Part shown: positions 36,790 through 46,345 of the stretch, piece after piece
Layout: the number at the start of each line of letters is the position of its first letter
Numbering within the stretch: position 1 is the stretch's first letter
From: an uncultured Desulfobacteraceae bacterium
GTDB lineage: Bacteria > Desulfobacterota > DSM-4660 > Desulfatiglandales > Desulfatiglandaceae
Length of the DNA: 64,000 nucleotides
Direction: 5' to 3'
Assembly: GCA_964423495.1 (NCBI GenBank)
Contig: CAYRFN010000001.1
Span: 17,902-81,901 of the forward strand
The notes under the pieces: model-generated
What the model was told of the DNA's origin: nothing
Seen by the model: only the letters and a program-made list of their open reading frames with translations
The model's database searches: none
Program-made: the position numbers and the translations under genes

Positions 36790-38505
36790 TTGTCTTATTT
36801 CAGATTATGGAAACATTTTCGCGGGTTGTTAAGGAAATATGAAAGTATCTTTTTTTTCTTGTTTATCATTGTCCATCTCATCCCCGTTTGGGCCTTTGAG
36901 TACTTCCCTTCACAGGATGGCCCTTGTCATATCAACAACGCGAATATCATCTTGGGATACAATAATCCAGCCCATTCAGTATTTCGCGAGTACTACGTCT
37001 TAAATAAGAATATAGAACCTACATGGTTTGGACATCTAATTTTGGCTGCTTTGATGTATATTGTGCCAATATTAGTAGCGGAAAAAATATTTTTAAGCGG
37101 ATACATTATTCTTTTCCCGATTTCAATTCGCTATGTGCTTCGAGCAATCCACCCTGGCGCAGAATTTCTATCTATTCTTGCATTTCCATTCATTTACAAC
37201 TATGTGTTACATATGGGATTTTATAGTTTTTCATATAGCATTCCTGTCTGTTTTTTTGTTGTTGGCTATTGGGTTAAGAATCAAGACAGGTTATCAATTC
37301 GTAAAATAATAATACTGGCCTTCTTGTTGCTGTTACTGTATCTTTTTCATATAGTTTCACTAATGATGGCATATACGGCAATTATACTTATGACACTATG
37401 GTTGGCATTTTATGACCTTTTTTATCTTTCTACAAAAAAGCGCAAGCAACAGTTAGACCTCCAGGCTTTATGGAGAGGCTTTAAGAAACGAGCGCTTATG
37501 CCAATCTATGCATTTTTGCCTGCATTTGTATTTGTTATAATATTTCTATATCAGAGAAAAACAGGAGTAGCTCCATCACCTCCATTCTGGACTATGCTGG
37601 AAGACCTAATCAACATTTCATCAATTGTTTCATACAGCAAAACAGAAGGCTTGCTTTCTAAAGCAATCGTTGTTTTCTTTACAGCGATATTTATATATCA
37701 TATTATTTCTAAGGTAGTCCGACATGAGAAGAACCCATGGGATGGAATCTTTATCATCGTTGTTGCGTATACTGCTATTTATTTTCTGGCTCCCAATACT
37801 TATATCATTTCCACTAACGGTATGTACGGAGGTGAATTTATAAAACAACGCCTGAACTTTTACCCATTTCTTGCTATGATTCTGTGGTTTGGTGCACAAT
37901 CCTATCATATTAATGTGAAAAAAATAATTTATATTGTATCAGTAGGAATTTCCGTGATAGTACTTGGACTTCATATTACTAAATATGCTGAACTTAATAA
38001 CTATATAGAGGAGTATCTCTCTGGAACTAACCTCATCGAGTCAAATACAACACTCCTTCCCATATGTTTTTCAAAAAAGGGACGCACACCTGATGGTCGA
38101 CTTATCTCACTTAAAATCATGCCTTTTCTCCATGCAGCTGGCCACATAGCTGCACAAAAGAATGTAGTTACCCTCAATAACTACGAAGCCAATACAGGAT
38201 ATTTCCCAATCCTTTATCGACCCAATCTTAATCCATACATCCAAATCGTCACTAAGGGTAAGATGGATGATAAACCTCCTTGGGTAGATTTCATTACGTA
38301 TCCGCAGAGGACAGGGGGACATGTTGACTATGTATTAATATGGGGCATTCGCAAAGAACAGATTGATACTAAAGCAGCGAGGTCAGGATCTATCCTATAC
38401 CAACTCAAAAAGAACTATAAGCTTATCTATATCTCTCCACAAAGAGGGCTTATGCAGTTATATCGTTGTAAAACTTGGGAGAACAAATTGGGGAAAGTAC
38501 ATTAA
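36790..38505 (+). CDS. Polytopic membrane protein, possible GT-C-like glycosyltransferase, with a C-terminal soluble domain
   Basis: 571-aa ORF with about 10 or more TM helices. The first-loop motif is FEYFPSQDGPCHINN. TTG start. I recognise no named family. Confidence 0.45.
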   Translation: MSYFRLWKHFRGLLRKYESIFFFLFIIVHLIPVWAFEYFPSQDGPCHINNANIILGYNNPAHSVFREYYVLNKNIEPTWFGHLILAALMYIVPILVAEKIFLSGYIILFPISIRYVLRAIHPGAEFLSILAFPFIYNYVLHMGFYSFSYSIPVCFFVVGYWVKNQDRLSIRKIIILAFLLLLLYLFHIVSLMMAYTAIILMTLWLAFYDLFYLSTKKRKQQLDLQALWRGFKKRALMPIYAFLPAFVFVIIFLYQRKTGVAPSPPFWTMLEDLINISSIVSYSKTEGLLSKAIVVFFTAIFIYHIISKVVRHEKNPWDGIFIIVVAYTAIYFLAPNTYIISTNGMYGGEFIKQRLNFYPFLAMILWFGAQSYHINVKKIIYIVSVGISVIVLGLHITKYAELNNYIEEYLSGTNLIESNTTLLPICFSKKGRTPDGRLISLKIMPFLHAAGHIAAQKNVVTLNNYEANTGYFPILYRPNLNPYIQIVTKGKMDDKPPWVDFITYPQRTGGHVDYVLIWGIRKEQIDTKAARSGSILYQLKKNYKLIYISPQRGLMQLYRCKTWENKLGKVH

Positions 38506-38512
38506 TTAATTT

Positions 38513-39502
38513 ATGATAAATATATTAGTAATAGGTGGGGCAGGATATATTGCCTCCTATATGTGCAAATACCTGGCAAAAAGTGGTTATCAACCAATTG
38601 TCCTTGATAATCTTATATACGGTCATAGAGAATCAGTAAGATGGGGTCCTTTTTTTAAAGGCTCCATGGCCGATCGTAATTTATTAAGTCATATTTTTTC
38701 AGAATATGAAATTTCAACAGTAATGCATTTTGCTGCATTTTGCTATGTAGGTGAATCAATTACAGATCCTGGGAAATACTACCGTAATAATGTTGCAGCA
38801 ACCATAGGGCTGCTTGAGATGATGGTTGAGAAAAATATTTCCAATTTCATATTTTCATCTTCCTGTGCAACATACGGGGAACCGGTTGAAATCCCCATCA
38901 CAGAACAGCATCCTCAAAATCCGATTAATCCCTATGGCAGAAGCAAACTCATGGTGGAACAGATTTTGCGAGATTTCAGGATTGCCTATGATTTAAAATA
39001 TGTATCTCTCCGTTATTTTAATGCAGCAGGGGCAGACCCTGATGGCGAATTAGGAGAGGACCATAAGCCAGAGACCCATCTCATTCCTCTTGTCCTTCAA
39101 ACAGCACTTGGGCAGAAAGAAGTTTTACATATTTTTGGAGATGACTATCCAACAAGGGATGGCACATGTATCCGTGACTATATTCATATCGATGATTTGG
39201 CCCAGGCCCATTTACTGGCCATGGAGAGGCTTATCAATAATGTTGGCGACGGGGAATATAATTTAGGAAATGGCAATGGCTACTCAGTAAAAGAAGTAGT
39301 AGAAACGGCAAATAGAATAACAGGAAAGCCGATTGCTTCAAAGATTACTAAAAGAAGAATTGGAGACCCTGCAGTGCTGATAGGGTCAAGTGAAAAGGCA
39401 ATCAAAGAGCTGGGATGGAAACCCCGATTCTCTGATCTTGATATGATTATTGAGACTGCCTGGAAATGGCACAGAAATCATCCAGACGGCTATCGTACTT
39501 AG
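38513..39502 (+). CDS. galE: UDP-glucose 4-epimerase
   Basis: GGAGYIASY...SSSCATYG...YGRSKLMVE...LRYFNAAGA...DYPTRDGTCIRDYIH are full-length GalE hallmarks. Confidence 0.9.
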   Translation: MINILVIGGAGYIASYMCKYLAKSGYQPIVLDNLIYGHRESVRWGPFFKGSMADRNLLSHIFSEYEISTVMHFAAFCYVGESITDPGKYYRNNVAATIGLLEMMVEKNISNFIFSSSCATYGEPVEIPITEQHPQNPINPYGRSKLMVEQILRDFRIAYDLKYVSLRYFNAAGADPDGELGEDHKPETHLIPLVLQTALGQKEVLHIFGDDYPTRDGTCIRDYIHIDDLAQAHLLAMERLINNVGDGEYNLGNGNGYSVKEVVETANRITGKPIASKITKRRIGDPAVLIGSSEKAIKELGWKPRFSDLDMIIETAWKWHRNHPDGYRT

Positions 39503-39527
39503 TTTATAGTTTTTCAGAGTATTTTAA

Positions 39528-40445
39528 ATGAGTTTTAACATTGACAATGTCTGTGCGGTGGTTGTTACCTATTCCCCTGACCCTGGCTTTTTGGAAAGAT
39601 TGAGAATTATTGCAGAGCAGGCAAAGCAGGTCATAATCGTTGATAACGGGTCGACCTTAACCTCACAAGATCTTGATATTACCTTACAGGGGGTGGTAAA
39701 CATTGAGTTGATCAAGAACACAATTAACTTGGGCGTTGCCACTGCCTTAAATCAAGGTGTCAGAAAAGGATTAGAATATGAATATCCATGGATTATCTTA
39801 TTTGATCAGGATAGTATCCCTCAGCCAAATATGGTAAAGAAGATGTTAGAGGCTTGTGAGAAATATCCGAAAACAGAACAGTTAATGGTTATGGGGCCTA
39901 AGATAATATTTCCCAACTGTTCTTTTGTATCCTCAACGATTAACGATAAAAAACCATTGGAAGTCGTTAGCCATGTCATAACTTCTGGTAGCCTAATTTC
40001 TAAACGGGCATTTGAGGCGGTAGGATATTTTGATGATAATTTATGTATTGATTATGTTGACATTGAATATTGTCTTAGGCTGAAAAGTAGAGGATACGAT
40101 ATAGTACAGGTTCGTGATGCAATATTAATACATAGTATCGGTAATATTAAAGAACACAATATTTTTGGAGAAAATGTACACCCTACGCACCACGATCCTA
40201 TTCGGCGATATTATCAATTCCGAAATGCTTTTCTTCTCCACAAGGTTTATAAAGAGACACAAGCCGAATGGTATAGACATAATAGGATGGTGCTTTTTAA
40301 GATTATGTGTCTTATATTATTATATGAAAAGAGGAGACTGAGCAGCTTTCTCCAGATTGTAAAGGGAGTGTTGCATGGGCTTTGCGGACGTGCCGGCAGA
40401 AGAGGTGAAATCGAATGGCGTCCGAAAGTGCTTGATACTAATTAA
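39528..40445 (+). CDS. Family 2 glycosyltransferase (rhamnosyltransferase-like)
   Basis: AVVVTYSPD...VDNGS...FDQDS...IDYVDIEYCLR. Confidence 0.75.
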   Translation: MSFNIDNVCAVVVTYSPDPGFLERLRIIAEQAKQVIIVDNGSTLTSQDLDITLQGVVNIELIKNTINLGVATALNQGVRKGLEYEYPWIILFDQDSIPQPNMVKKMLEACEKYPKTEQLMVMGPKIIFPNCSFVSSTINDKKPLEVVSHVITSGSLISKRAFEAVGYFDDNLCIDYVDIEYCLRLKSRGYDIVQVRDAILIHSIGNIKEHNIFGENVHPTHHDPIRRYYQFRNAFLLHKVYKETQAEWYRHNRMVLFKIMCLILLYEKRRLSSFLQIVKGVLHGLCGRAGRRGEIEWRPKVLDTN

Positions 40446-41420
40446 ATGAATGTAACAGTTGTTGTAGTAAACTGGAATGGGAAAAAGTTCCTATCGAAAT
40501 GTTTGGATGGTCTTAGGGATCAAATCTATAATAGATTTTCAGTTGTATTGGTAGATAACGGTTCAAATGACGGATCAATTAATTTTGTTAATAATAATTA
40601 CCCTGAAGTTAAGACCATTTCCCTTCCTGAGAATCTTGGCTTTTCAGCTGCAAATAATTTGGTGCTTAAAAATATAAAAAGCAAATATGTTGCATTACTT
40701 AATAATGATGCAATTCCAGACCCTTTTTGGCTTAATATTTTAGTGGATGCACTTGAGCGTAATCAAAAAGCAGGATTTGCTGCTTCGAAAATGTTGTTTC
40801 AAGACGAGCCAACAACCATCGATCGGGCTGGCGATTCTTATACTAAGGCAGGGGCTGGCCTTTTGCGTGGGCGGGGTTTGTCCGCCAATAGTTATAATAG
40901 GCAGGAATGGATTTTCGGGACATGTGCAGGTTCTGCTTTTTTTCGCATCCAAGTATTTCGCGACATAGGCTTTTTTGATAAAGACTTTTTTATACTTTAT
41001 GAAGATGTGGATCTCAGCTTCAGGGCACAATTAAGAGGTTATAGGTGTTTGTACGTTCCTGAAGCCCTTGTGTATCATAAGGCCAGCAGTAGCCTCGTCT
41101 ATGATTCGCCTATATCTGTATACTACAGCCACCGTAATTTGGAGTGGGTTTATGTAAAAAATATGCCTACGAGTTTGATACTTAAAACCATCTGGTTCCA
41201 TGCTATCTATGATATAGCTGCCTTTTGCTACTTTATCGCTAACGGTCTTGGAAGAGAATTTATTAAAGCAAAATGGGATGCATTGAAGGGTTTGAGGAGT
41301 GTATTAAAAAAGCGAGGGCAGATTCAAAGGAATAGGAGAGTGGATAATGATTATATCTGGAAGCTCTTGGACAAAGAATTTCTTTTCCCACGATTGACTA
41401 GACGTTTACGAAAAAGTTGA
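40446..41420 (+). CDS. Family 2 glycosyltransferase
   Basis: VVVVNWNGKKFL...LVDNGSNDGS...LNNDA...YEDVDLSFR. Confidence 0.8.
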   Translation: MNVTVVVVNWNGKKFLSKCLDGLRDQIYNRFSVVLVDNGSNDGSINFVNNNYPEVKTISLPENLGFSAANNLVLKNIKSKYVALLNNDAIPDPFWLNILVDALERNQKAGFAASKMLFQDEPTTIDRAGDSYTKAGAGLLRGRGLSANSYNRQEWIFGTCAGSAFFRIQVFRDIGFFDKDFFILYEDVDLSFRAQLRGYRCLYVPEALVYHKASSSLVYDSPISVYYSHRNLEWVYVKNMPTSLILKTIWFHAIYDIAAFCYFIANGLGREFIKAKWDALKGLRSVLKKRGQIQRNRRVDNDYIWKLLDKEFLFPRLTRRLRKS

Positions 41421-41485
41421 TAGACAAGTGTAGAAAAAAATGTTAAGATTTAAAAGTAACGGCAGAGAATTGGAATATCAGAGAA

Positions 41486-43660
41486 ATGAAAGGAAAGGAA
41501 AAAGGGGAAAGATTGAGAAATTTGGTGGACATCGTCATAGTGAATTATAATAGCACTGATCATCTATTGCGCTGCCTTGGATCTATTTATAATTCATTCC
41601 AGGAACTCCTTGTTAAGATCTTTGTTCAAGATAATGCCTCTAAGGACAATGTAGAACGTGTGTCCTCAGCCTTCCCTCAGGTAATCCTAACTAAGAACAG
41701 ATATAATATTGGCTTTTCTAAGGCCGTTAATAGAGGTTTAAAGCAAGGTAATGCGCCCTATATAATTCTCTTGAACCCTGATACTACCGTTAGAGATGGT
41801 TTATTTAGATCAGCTATAGTATACATGGAAGAGAATCAGGAAGTTGGGGTCCTTGGCCCAAGAATTCTCAATAATGATGGTTCTGTTCAGGGTTCGGCGA
41901 GGGCCTTCCCAACCTTTCTAACAGCTTTGTTCGGGCGAAATTCCCTCCTTACCAGAATTTTTCCAAATAATAGAATAACACTCGCCAATATCCTGACAAC
42001 AAGGTGCGACGGTAGGACCCCCATTGAGGTGGATTGGGTTTCGGGTGCCTGCATGCTGATTCGCAGAAAGGCCATAGAGGATGTGGGTCTCATGGATGAA
42101 CATTTCTTCATGTATTGGGAGGATGCCGATTGGTGCAGGCGTATGTTGCAAAAAGGGTGGAAGGTGTCCTATTTTCCAAAGGCTTCTATTATTCATTATG
42201 TTGGGGTAAGTAGTGAGCAGCTTTTATTCAGATCAATATTTGAATTTCATAAGAGCATCTATTGGCTTTTTCAGAAATACAATAAACCTTTCCTTTGGTT
42301 TTTGAAGCCTATTGTCATTTCCGGTCTTTCCCTACGTGTTTCTTTTACGCTTGCTTCAAATGGGTTGCGTGTTTTTTGCAGGCGACAGGGTTTTGCAGCA
42401 GTGCAAAAAGCAGCGGCGCTAACAACCGGAAATGGAAGAAAGATTAAAATCTTACGAATGATTGCTCGCCTTAATATAGGGGGGCCTGCCATTCATGTCT
42501 ATTTGTTGACGAAGGGTCTGGACGGAGACAGGTTCAAATCTATCCTTGTGACTGGCAAAATTTCTCCCCAGGAAGGGGACATGAGCTATCTTTTTGATTC
42601 TCTGGATAATAAACCGATCATCATTCCTGAACTCCAAAGGGAGATTAGTTTCAAAATGGATTTGAGTGCATTACTCCAGATTCTTAAAATATTGCGCCGA
42701 GAAAAACCGGATATTGTTCATACACACACAGCTAAAGCCGGAACTAGTGCGAGAATTGTTGTTATTCTGTATAATCTTTTAAGTGGGCGGAACGTAAAAA
42801 TGGCCCATACATTTCATGGGCACATTTTTGAGGGCTATTTTAGTAGGTCGAAATCGTTTTTGTTCGCTTTTATTGAGCGTCTTTTGGCGAAGGTTACAGA
42901 CGTGATCATTGCAATCAGTGAAAGCCAGAAGAGGGAGCTGGCAGAGAAATACTATATTGCTCCACCTGACAAATTAAAGACAATAGGTTTGGGATTTGAT
43001 CTTAAGCCTTTTTTAAGGGGCAAAGTATTGCGAGGTCAATATAGAAAAAGCATAGGGATAGACGATGACACATTTCTTATCGGGATTATCGGGAGGTTGG
43101 CACCTATAAAGAGCCATATTATGTTCCTCAAGTCGGCCAAAATATTCATTAAACTGAATCCTGAAATTAAGGTAAAGTTCTTAATCGTGGGTGATGGGGA
43201 ACTGAGAAATAAGCTGGAGATGTATTGTGAAACACATGGGATGTCTGCTTATGTTAGGTTTTGTGGCTGGATAGTGGATGTGCCTTCAGTTTATGCTGAC
43301 CTAGATATCCTTGCCCTGACTTCCCAAAATGAAGGGACACCTGTATCGATTATTGAGGCCATGGCATCTTCGGTCCCGGTTATTGCCACTGATGCGGGCG
43401 GAGTTCTGGACCTGTTAGGTCCGAAGAATGGCATTCCCCAATCAGACGGTTTTGCGGTATGTGAACGGGGCATTCTTTGCCAAAAAAATGATGCCTTAGG
43501 TTTTGCAAAAGGATTGAAGTTTTTAGTAAACGCCGGTAACAATGAAAAAAAAGACCTTACAGAGAATGCTTTGCGCTTTGTGAGAGATCGGTTCACTGAA
43601 GAGCGGCTCCTGAACGATATGGAATCTTTATATATTGAGTTGATGGCAGATAGGACTTAG
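41486..43660 (+). CDS. Bifunctional GT2 (N-terminal) and GT4 (C-terminal) fusion glycosyltransferase
   Basis: The N-terminal domain has IVIVNYNS...LLNPDT...WEDADWCRR. The C-terminal domain has RLNIGGPAIHV...QNEGTPVSIIEAMASSVPVIATDAGG. Confidence 0.8.
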   Translation: MKGKEKGERLRNLVDIVIVNYNSTDHLLRCLGSIYNSFQELLVKIFVQDNASKDNVERVSSAFPQVILTKNRYNIGFSKAVNRGLKQGNAPYIILLNPDTTVRDGLFRSAIVYMEENQEVGVLGPRILNNDGSVQGSARAFPTFLTALFGRNSLLTRIFPNNRITLANILTTRCDGRTPIEVDWVSGACMLIRRKAIEDVGLMDEHFFMYWEDADWCRRMLQKGWKVSYFPKASIIHYVGVSSEQLLFRSIFEFHKSIYWLFQKYNKPFLWFLKPIVISGLSLRVSFTLASNGLRVFCRRQGFAAVQKAAALTTGNGRKIKILRMIARLNIGGPAIHVYLLTKGLDGDRFKSILVTGKISPQEGDMSYLFDSLDNKPIIIPELQREISFKMDLSALLQILKILRREKPDIVHTHTAKAGTSARIVVILYNLLSGRNVKMAHTFHGHIFEGYFSRSKSFLFAFIERLLAKVTDVIIAISESQKRELAEKYYIAPPDKLKTIGLGFDLKPFLRGKVLRGQYRKSIGIDDDTFLIGIIGRLAPIKSHIMFLKSAKIFIKLNPEIKVKFLIVGDGELRNKLEMYCETHGMSAYVRFCGWIVDVPSVYADLDILALTSQNEGTPVSIIEAMASSVPVIATDAGGVLDLLGPKNGIPQSDGFAVCERGILCQKNDALGFAKGLKFLVNAGNNEKKDLTENALRFVRDRFTEERLLNDMESLYIELMADRT

Positions 43661-43804
43661 AAATATATTGTTACTTAACCTTCTAAAAGTCACAATCCAA
43701 AATCCTTTCCAACATTACTTGAGAATTTTAAATCTTACCTGCCAAAAAGAACTTTCTCACTTCTAACCCATCCTTTAATTTAATTTCTTAGGAATTTCCT
43801 TTTT

Positions 43805-43843
43805 TCACCCCCTCCCTTGAGGGGGAGGGCAGGGCGGGGGTGA
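43805..43843. repeat. GC-rich imperfect palindrome (CCCCCTCCC..GGGGGAGGG type) immediately 5' of wzx
   Basis: tcaccccc(43805-43812) pairs with gggggtga(43836-43843), with an inner tccc/ggga stem. A related hairpin lies at 59256-59276. Confidence 0.6.
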
Positions 43844-43857
43844 TAACTGGAACTGAA

Positions 43858-45378
43858 ATGAGTACTCTGGATAAGTTGACACATGGGCGCTTGCTAGCGC
43901 GCAATACAGTTTGGAATCTGGGTGGCCAGGTTGCACCTTTGGTGGTGGCAATTTTTGTGATTCCATTGCTTATTAAGGAATTAGGCACGGATCGTTTTGG
44001 AGTACTGACCTTGGCGTGGGTAGTTATAGGGTATTTCAGCCTGTTTGACCTTGGGCTTGGTCGTGCGCTGACACAATTGGTTGCCAAAAAATTGGGTGCT
44101 CGGCAAGAGGTAGAAATACCAGCTTTAGTTTGGACCAGCCTAATTCTTATGCTAATTATGGGCTTGATTGGTACGTTAGTCGTAAGTCTGCTTTCTCCAT
44201 GGCTGGTGCAATATGTCCTTAAAATCCCTAAGGCTTTGCAGCCTGAAACACTGAATGCCTTTTATCTTCTCGCACTCTCTATTCCTGTTGTGATAAGCAC
44301 CGCTGGTCTACGTGGCCTATTAGAGGCGTATCAGCGTTTCGGACTCACAAACCTCGTCCGTATTCCCATGGGGATGTTTACGTTTTTAGGTCCTCTCCTT
44401 GTTTTGCCTTTTTCGCATAGTCTCTTACCCGTAGTGGGTATTTTAATAATAGGTCGGCTGATAGCTTGGATAGTCCATTTGATTCTTTGTTTTTATGTAT
44501 TACCTACCTTGAAGCGTAGCGTTGTCTTGAACCTTACGATGGTAGGACAATTAATTCGTTTAGGAAGCTGGATGACCATAACCAATATCGTAGGACCGCT
44601 TATGGTGTATTTGGACCGCTTTTTAATCGCTGGATTATTGTCCATGGCTGCTGTGGCCTATTATGCTACGCCTTATGAGGTGGTGACTAAGTTATTGATT
44701 ATCCCAGGAGCGCTTGTGGGCGTCTTGTTTCCTGCCTTCTCTAGTAGTTATGCCAAAGACCGCGAGCATACAGCATTGCTATTTGGTCGGGGAGTCAAAT
44801 ATACATTCTTGAGTCTTTTTCCTATTAGCTTGCTCATCGTAAGTTTAGCGTACGAAGGACTTGATCTCTGGCTCGGTGCAGAGTTCGCAAAAAACAGTAC
44901 ACGCGTGTTTCAGTGGCTGACTGTAGGTATTTTCATCAACAGCTTAGCTCAGATTGCCTTTGCATTGGTCCAGGGTGCTGGGCGGCCTGACCTCACCGCC
45001 AAGTTGCATCTTATAGAACTGCCGTTTTATTTGCTGACAGCCTGGTGGCTGATTGGTATTTATGGTATTGAAGGGGCAGCTATAGCTTGGGTGGCACGTA
45101 TAGTAGTAGATACAATATTTCTGTTTGGAATGGCAAAGCACTTTCTGCCGATCAAGGCTTCGATTATCCGACATAAGATGTTAGCTATAGGTATAGCCAT
45201 ACTTGTTTTGACAATTGCGAGTTTGCAGGCAAGCATTATTATAAAAGGAGTTTTCCTTTTATTAACAATGTTTGCCTTCATTTTGACCGCATGGTTCCTG
45301 ATTTTGACTCTTGATGAACGAGTAATGATAGGAAATCGTTTCAAAATAATTAAAATGCCCAATTGGATGGAAAAATGA
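43858..45378 (+). CDS. wzx: Wzx-type oligosaccharide flippase (MOP/PST family)
   Basis: LLARNTVWNLGGQVAPLVVAIFVIPLLIKELGTDRFGVLTLAW plus ~12-14 TM helices. ATG 43858 is preferred over GTG 43840, which lies inside the palindrome. Confidence 0.8.
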   Translation: MSTLDKLTHGRLLARNTVWNLGGQVAPLVVAIFVIPLLIKELGTDRFGVLTLAWVVIGYFSLFDLGLGRALTQLVAKKLGARQEVEIPALVWTSLILMLIMGLIGTLVVSLLSPWLVQYVLKIPKALQPETLNAFYLLALSIPVVISTAGLRGLLEAYQRFGLTNLVRIPMGMFTFLGPLLVLPFSHSLLPVVGILIIGRLIAWIVHLILCFYVLPTLKRSVVLNLTMVGQLIRLGSWMTITNIVGPLMVYLDRFLIAGLLSMAAVAYYATPYEVVTKLLIIPGALVGVLFPAFSSSYAKDREHTALLFGRGVKYTFLSLFPISLLIVSLAYEGLDLWLGAEFAKNSTRVFQWLTVGIFINSLAQIAFALVQGAGRPDLTAKLHLIELPFYLLTAWWLIGIYGIEGAAIAWVARIVVDTIFLFGMAKHFLPIKASIIRHKMLAIGIAILVLTIASLQASIIIKGVFLLLTMFAFILTAWFLILTLDERVMIGNRFKIIKMPNWMEK

Positions 45379-45382
45379 CAAG

Positions 45383-46345
45383 GTGAGAACAGACTTTCAA
45401 ATTGAATTGGAGTCTAAACCATGCCCGATGGGTTGTCCCCTTAAAGATGATGTTTTATTTACTGGTCATGATAGGCTCCACGGCTTGCCTGGTGAATTCA
45501 ATGTGGTCAAGTGTCGTACCTGCGGGCTTATGCGTACCAATCCACGCCCGACACAACAAGCAATCGGCTTCTATTATCCTGATTACTACGGGCCATATAA
45601 AGGCACCCGTGTTGAGCTTTCCAATGCTGCAGTTAACGATCACCCATTTTGGAAACAGATTTTATTTCGTATATTTGAGTTAAATACGTATAGGTTGCCG
45701 GATTTATTGCCTGGACGGTTACTCGAAATTGGTTGTGCCTCTGGGTTGTTTTTGCACAGGATGGCGTCTAAGGGTTGGGAAGTGGAAGGCCTGGAGTTCT
45801 CAGAAAAAGCAGCTGATTCAGCGCGTTTGCTGGGGTATTCCGTTTATACAGGCCCAGTTGAATTAGCTCCGGACCCAAAACATCCTTTTAACTTGGTTGT
45901 AGGTTGGATGGTATTTGAACATGTTCATGATCCACTTATTGTTTTAAGAAAGCTTCGCAACTGGGTCTGTCCCGACGGATGGTTGGTCATCTCGGTGCCA
46001 AATACGGGTTCATTTGAGTTCAATATCTTTAAGGAAAGGTGGTATGCCGTACACTTGCCAAACCATCTTTATCACTACACTCCTGATACACTTTGCCAGA
46101 TCATGAGAAGTGGTGGATGGCGAATAGAAAAGATTTTTCATCAGAGGACCCTCAGCAACTTCATCGCCAGTATTGGGTATTGGCTGAAAGATCATGCGAC
46201 AATGAAACGATTATCTGACTTATTTATTGCTTATCCTGAGCGTGCTGGTATCATGCATTATCTCATCTATCCCTTGACTTTTCTGTTGAGCTTTTTTGGG
46301 CAGACAGGACGTATGACAGTGTGGGCAAGGAGATTGGATGATTAA
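45383..46345 (+). CDS. Class I SAM-dependent methyltransferase with an N-terminal Cys4 ribbon
   Basis: CPMGCP...CRTCGL, then LEIGCASGLF (motif I). The GTG start is uncertain. Confidence 0.7.
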   Translation: MRTDFQIELESKPCPMGCPLKDDVLFTGHDRLHGLPGEFNVVKCRTCGLMRTNPRPTQQAIGFYYPDYYGPYKGTRVELSNAAVNDHPFWKQILFRIFELNTYRLPDLLPGRLLEIGCASGLFLHRMASKGWEVEGLEFSEKAADSARLLGYSVYTGPVELAPDPKHPFNLVVGWMVFEHVHDPLIVLRKLRNWVCPDGWLVISVPNTGSFEFNIFKERWYAVHLPNHLYHYTPDTLCQIMRSGGWRIEKIFHQRTLSNFIASIGYWLKDHATMKRLSDLFIAYPERAGIMHYLIYPLTFLLSFFGQTGRMTVWARRLDD

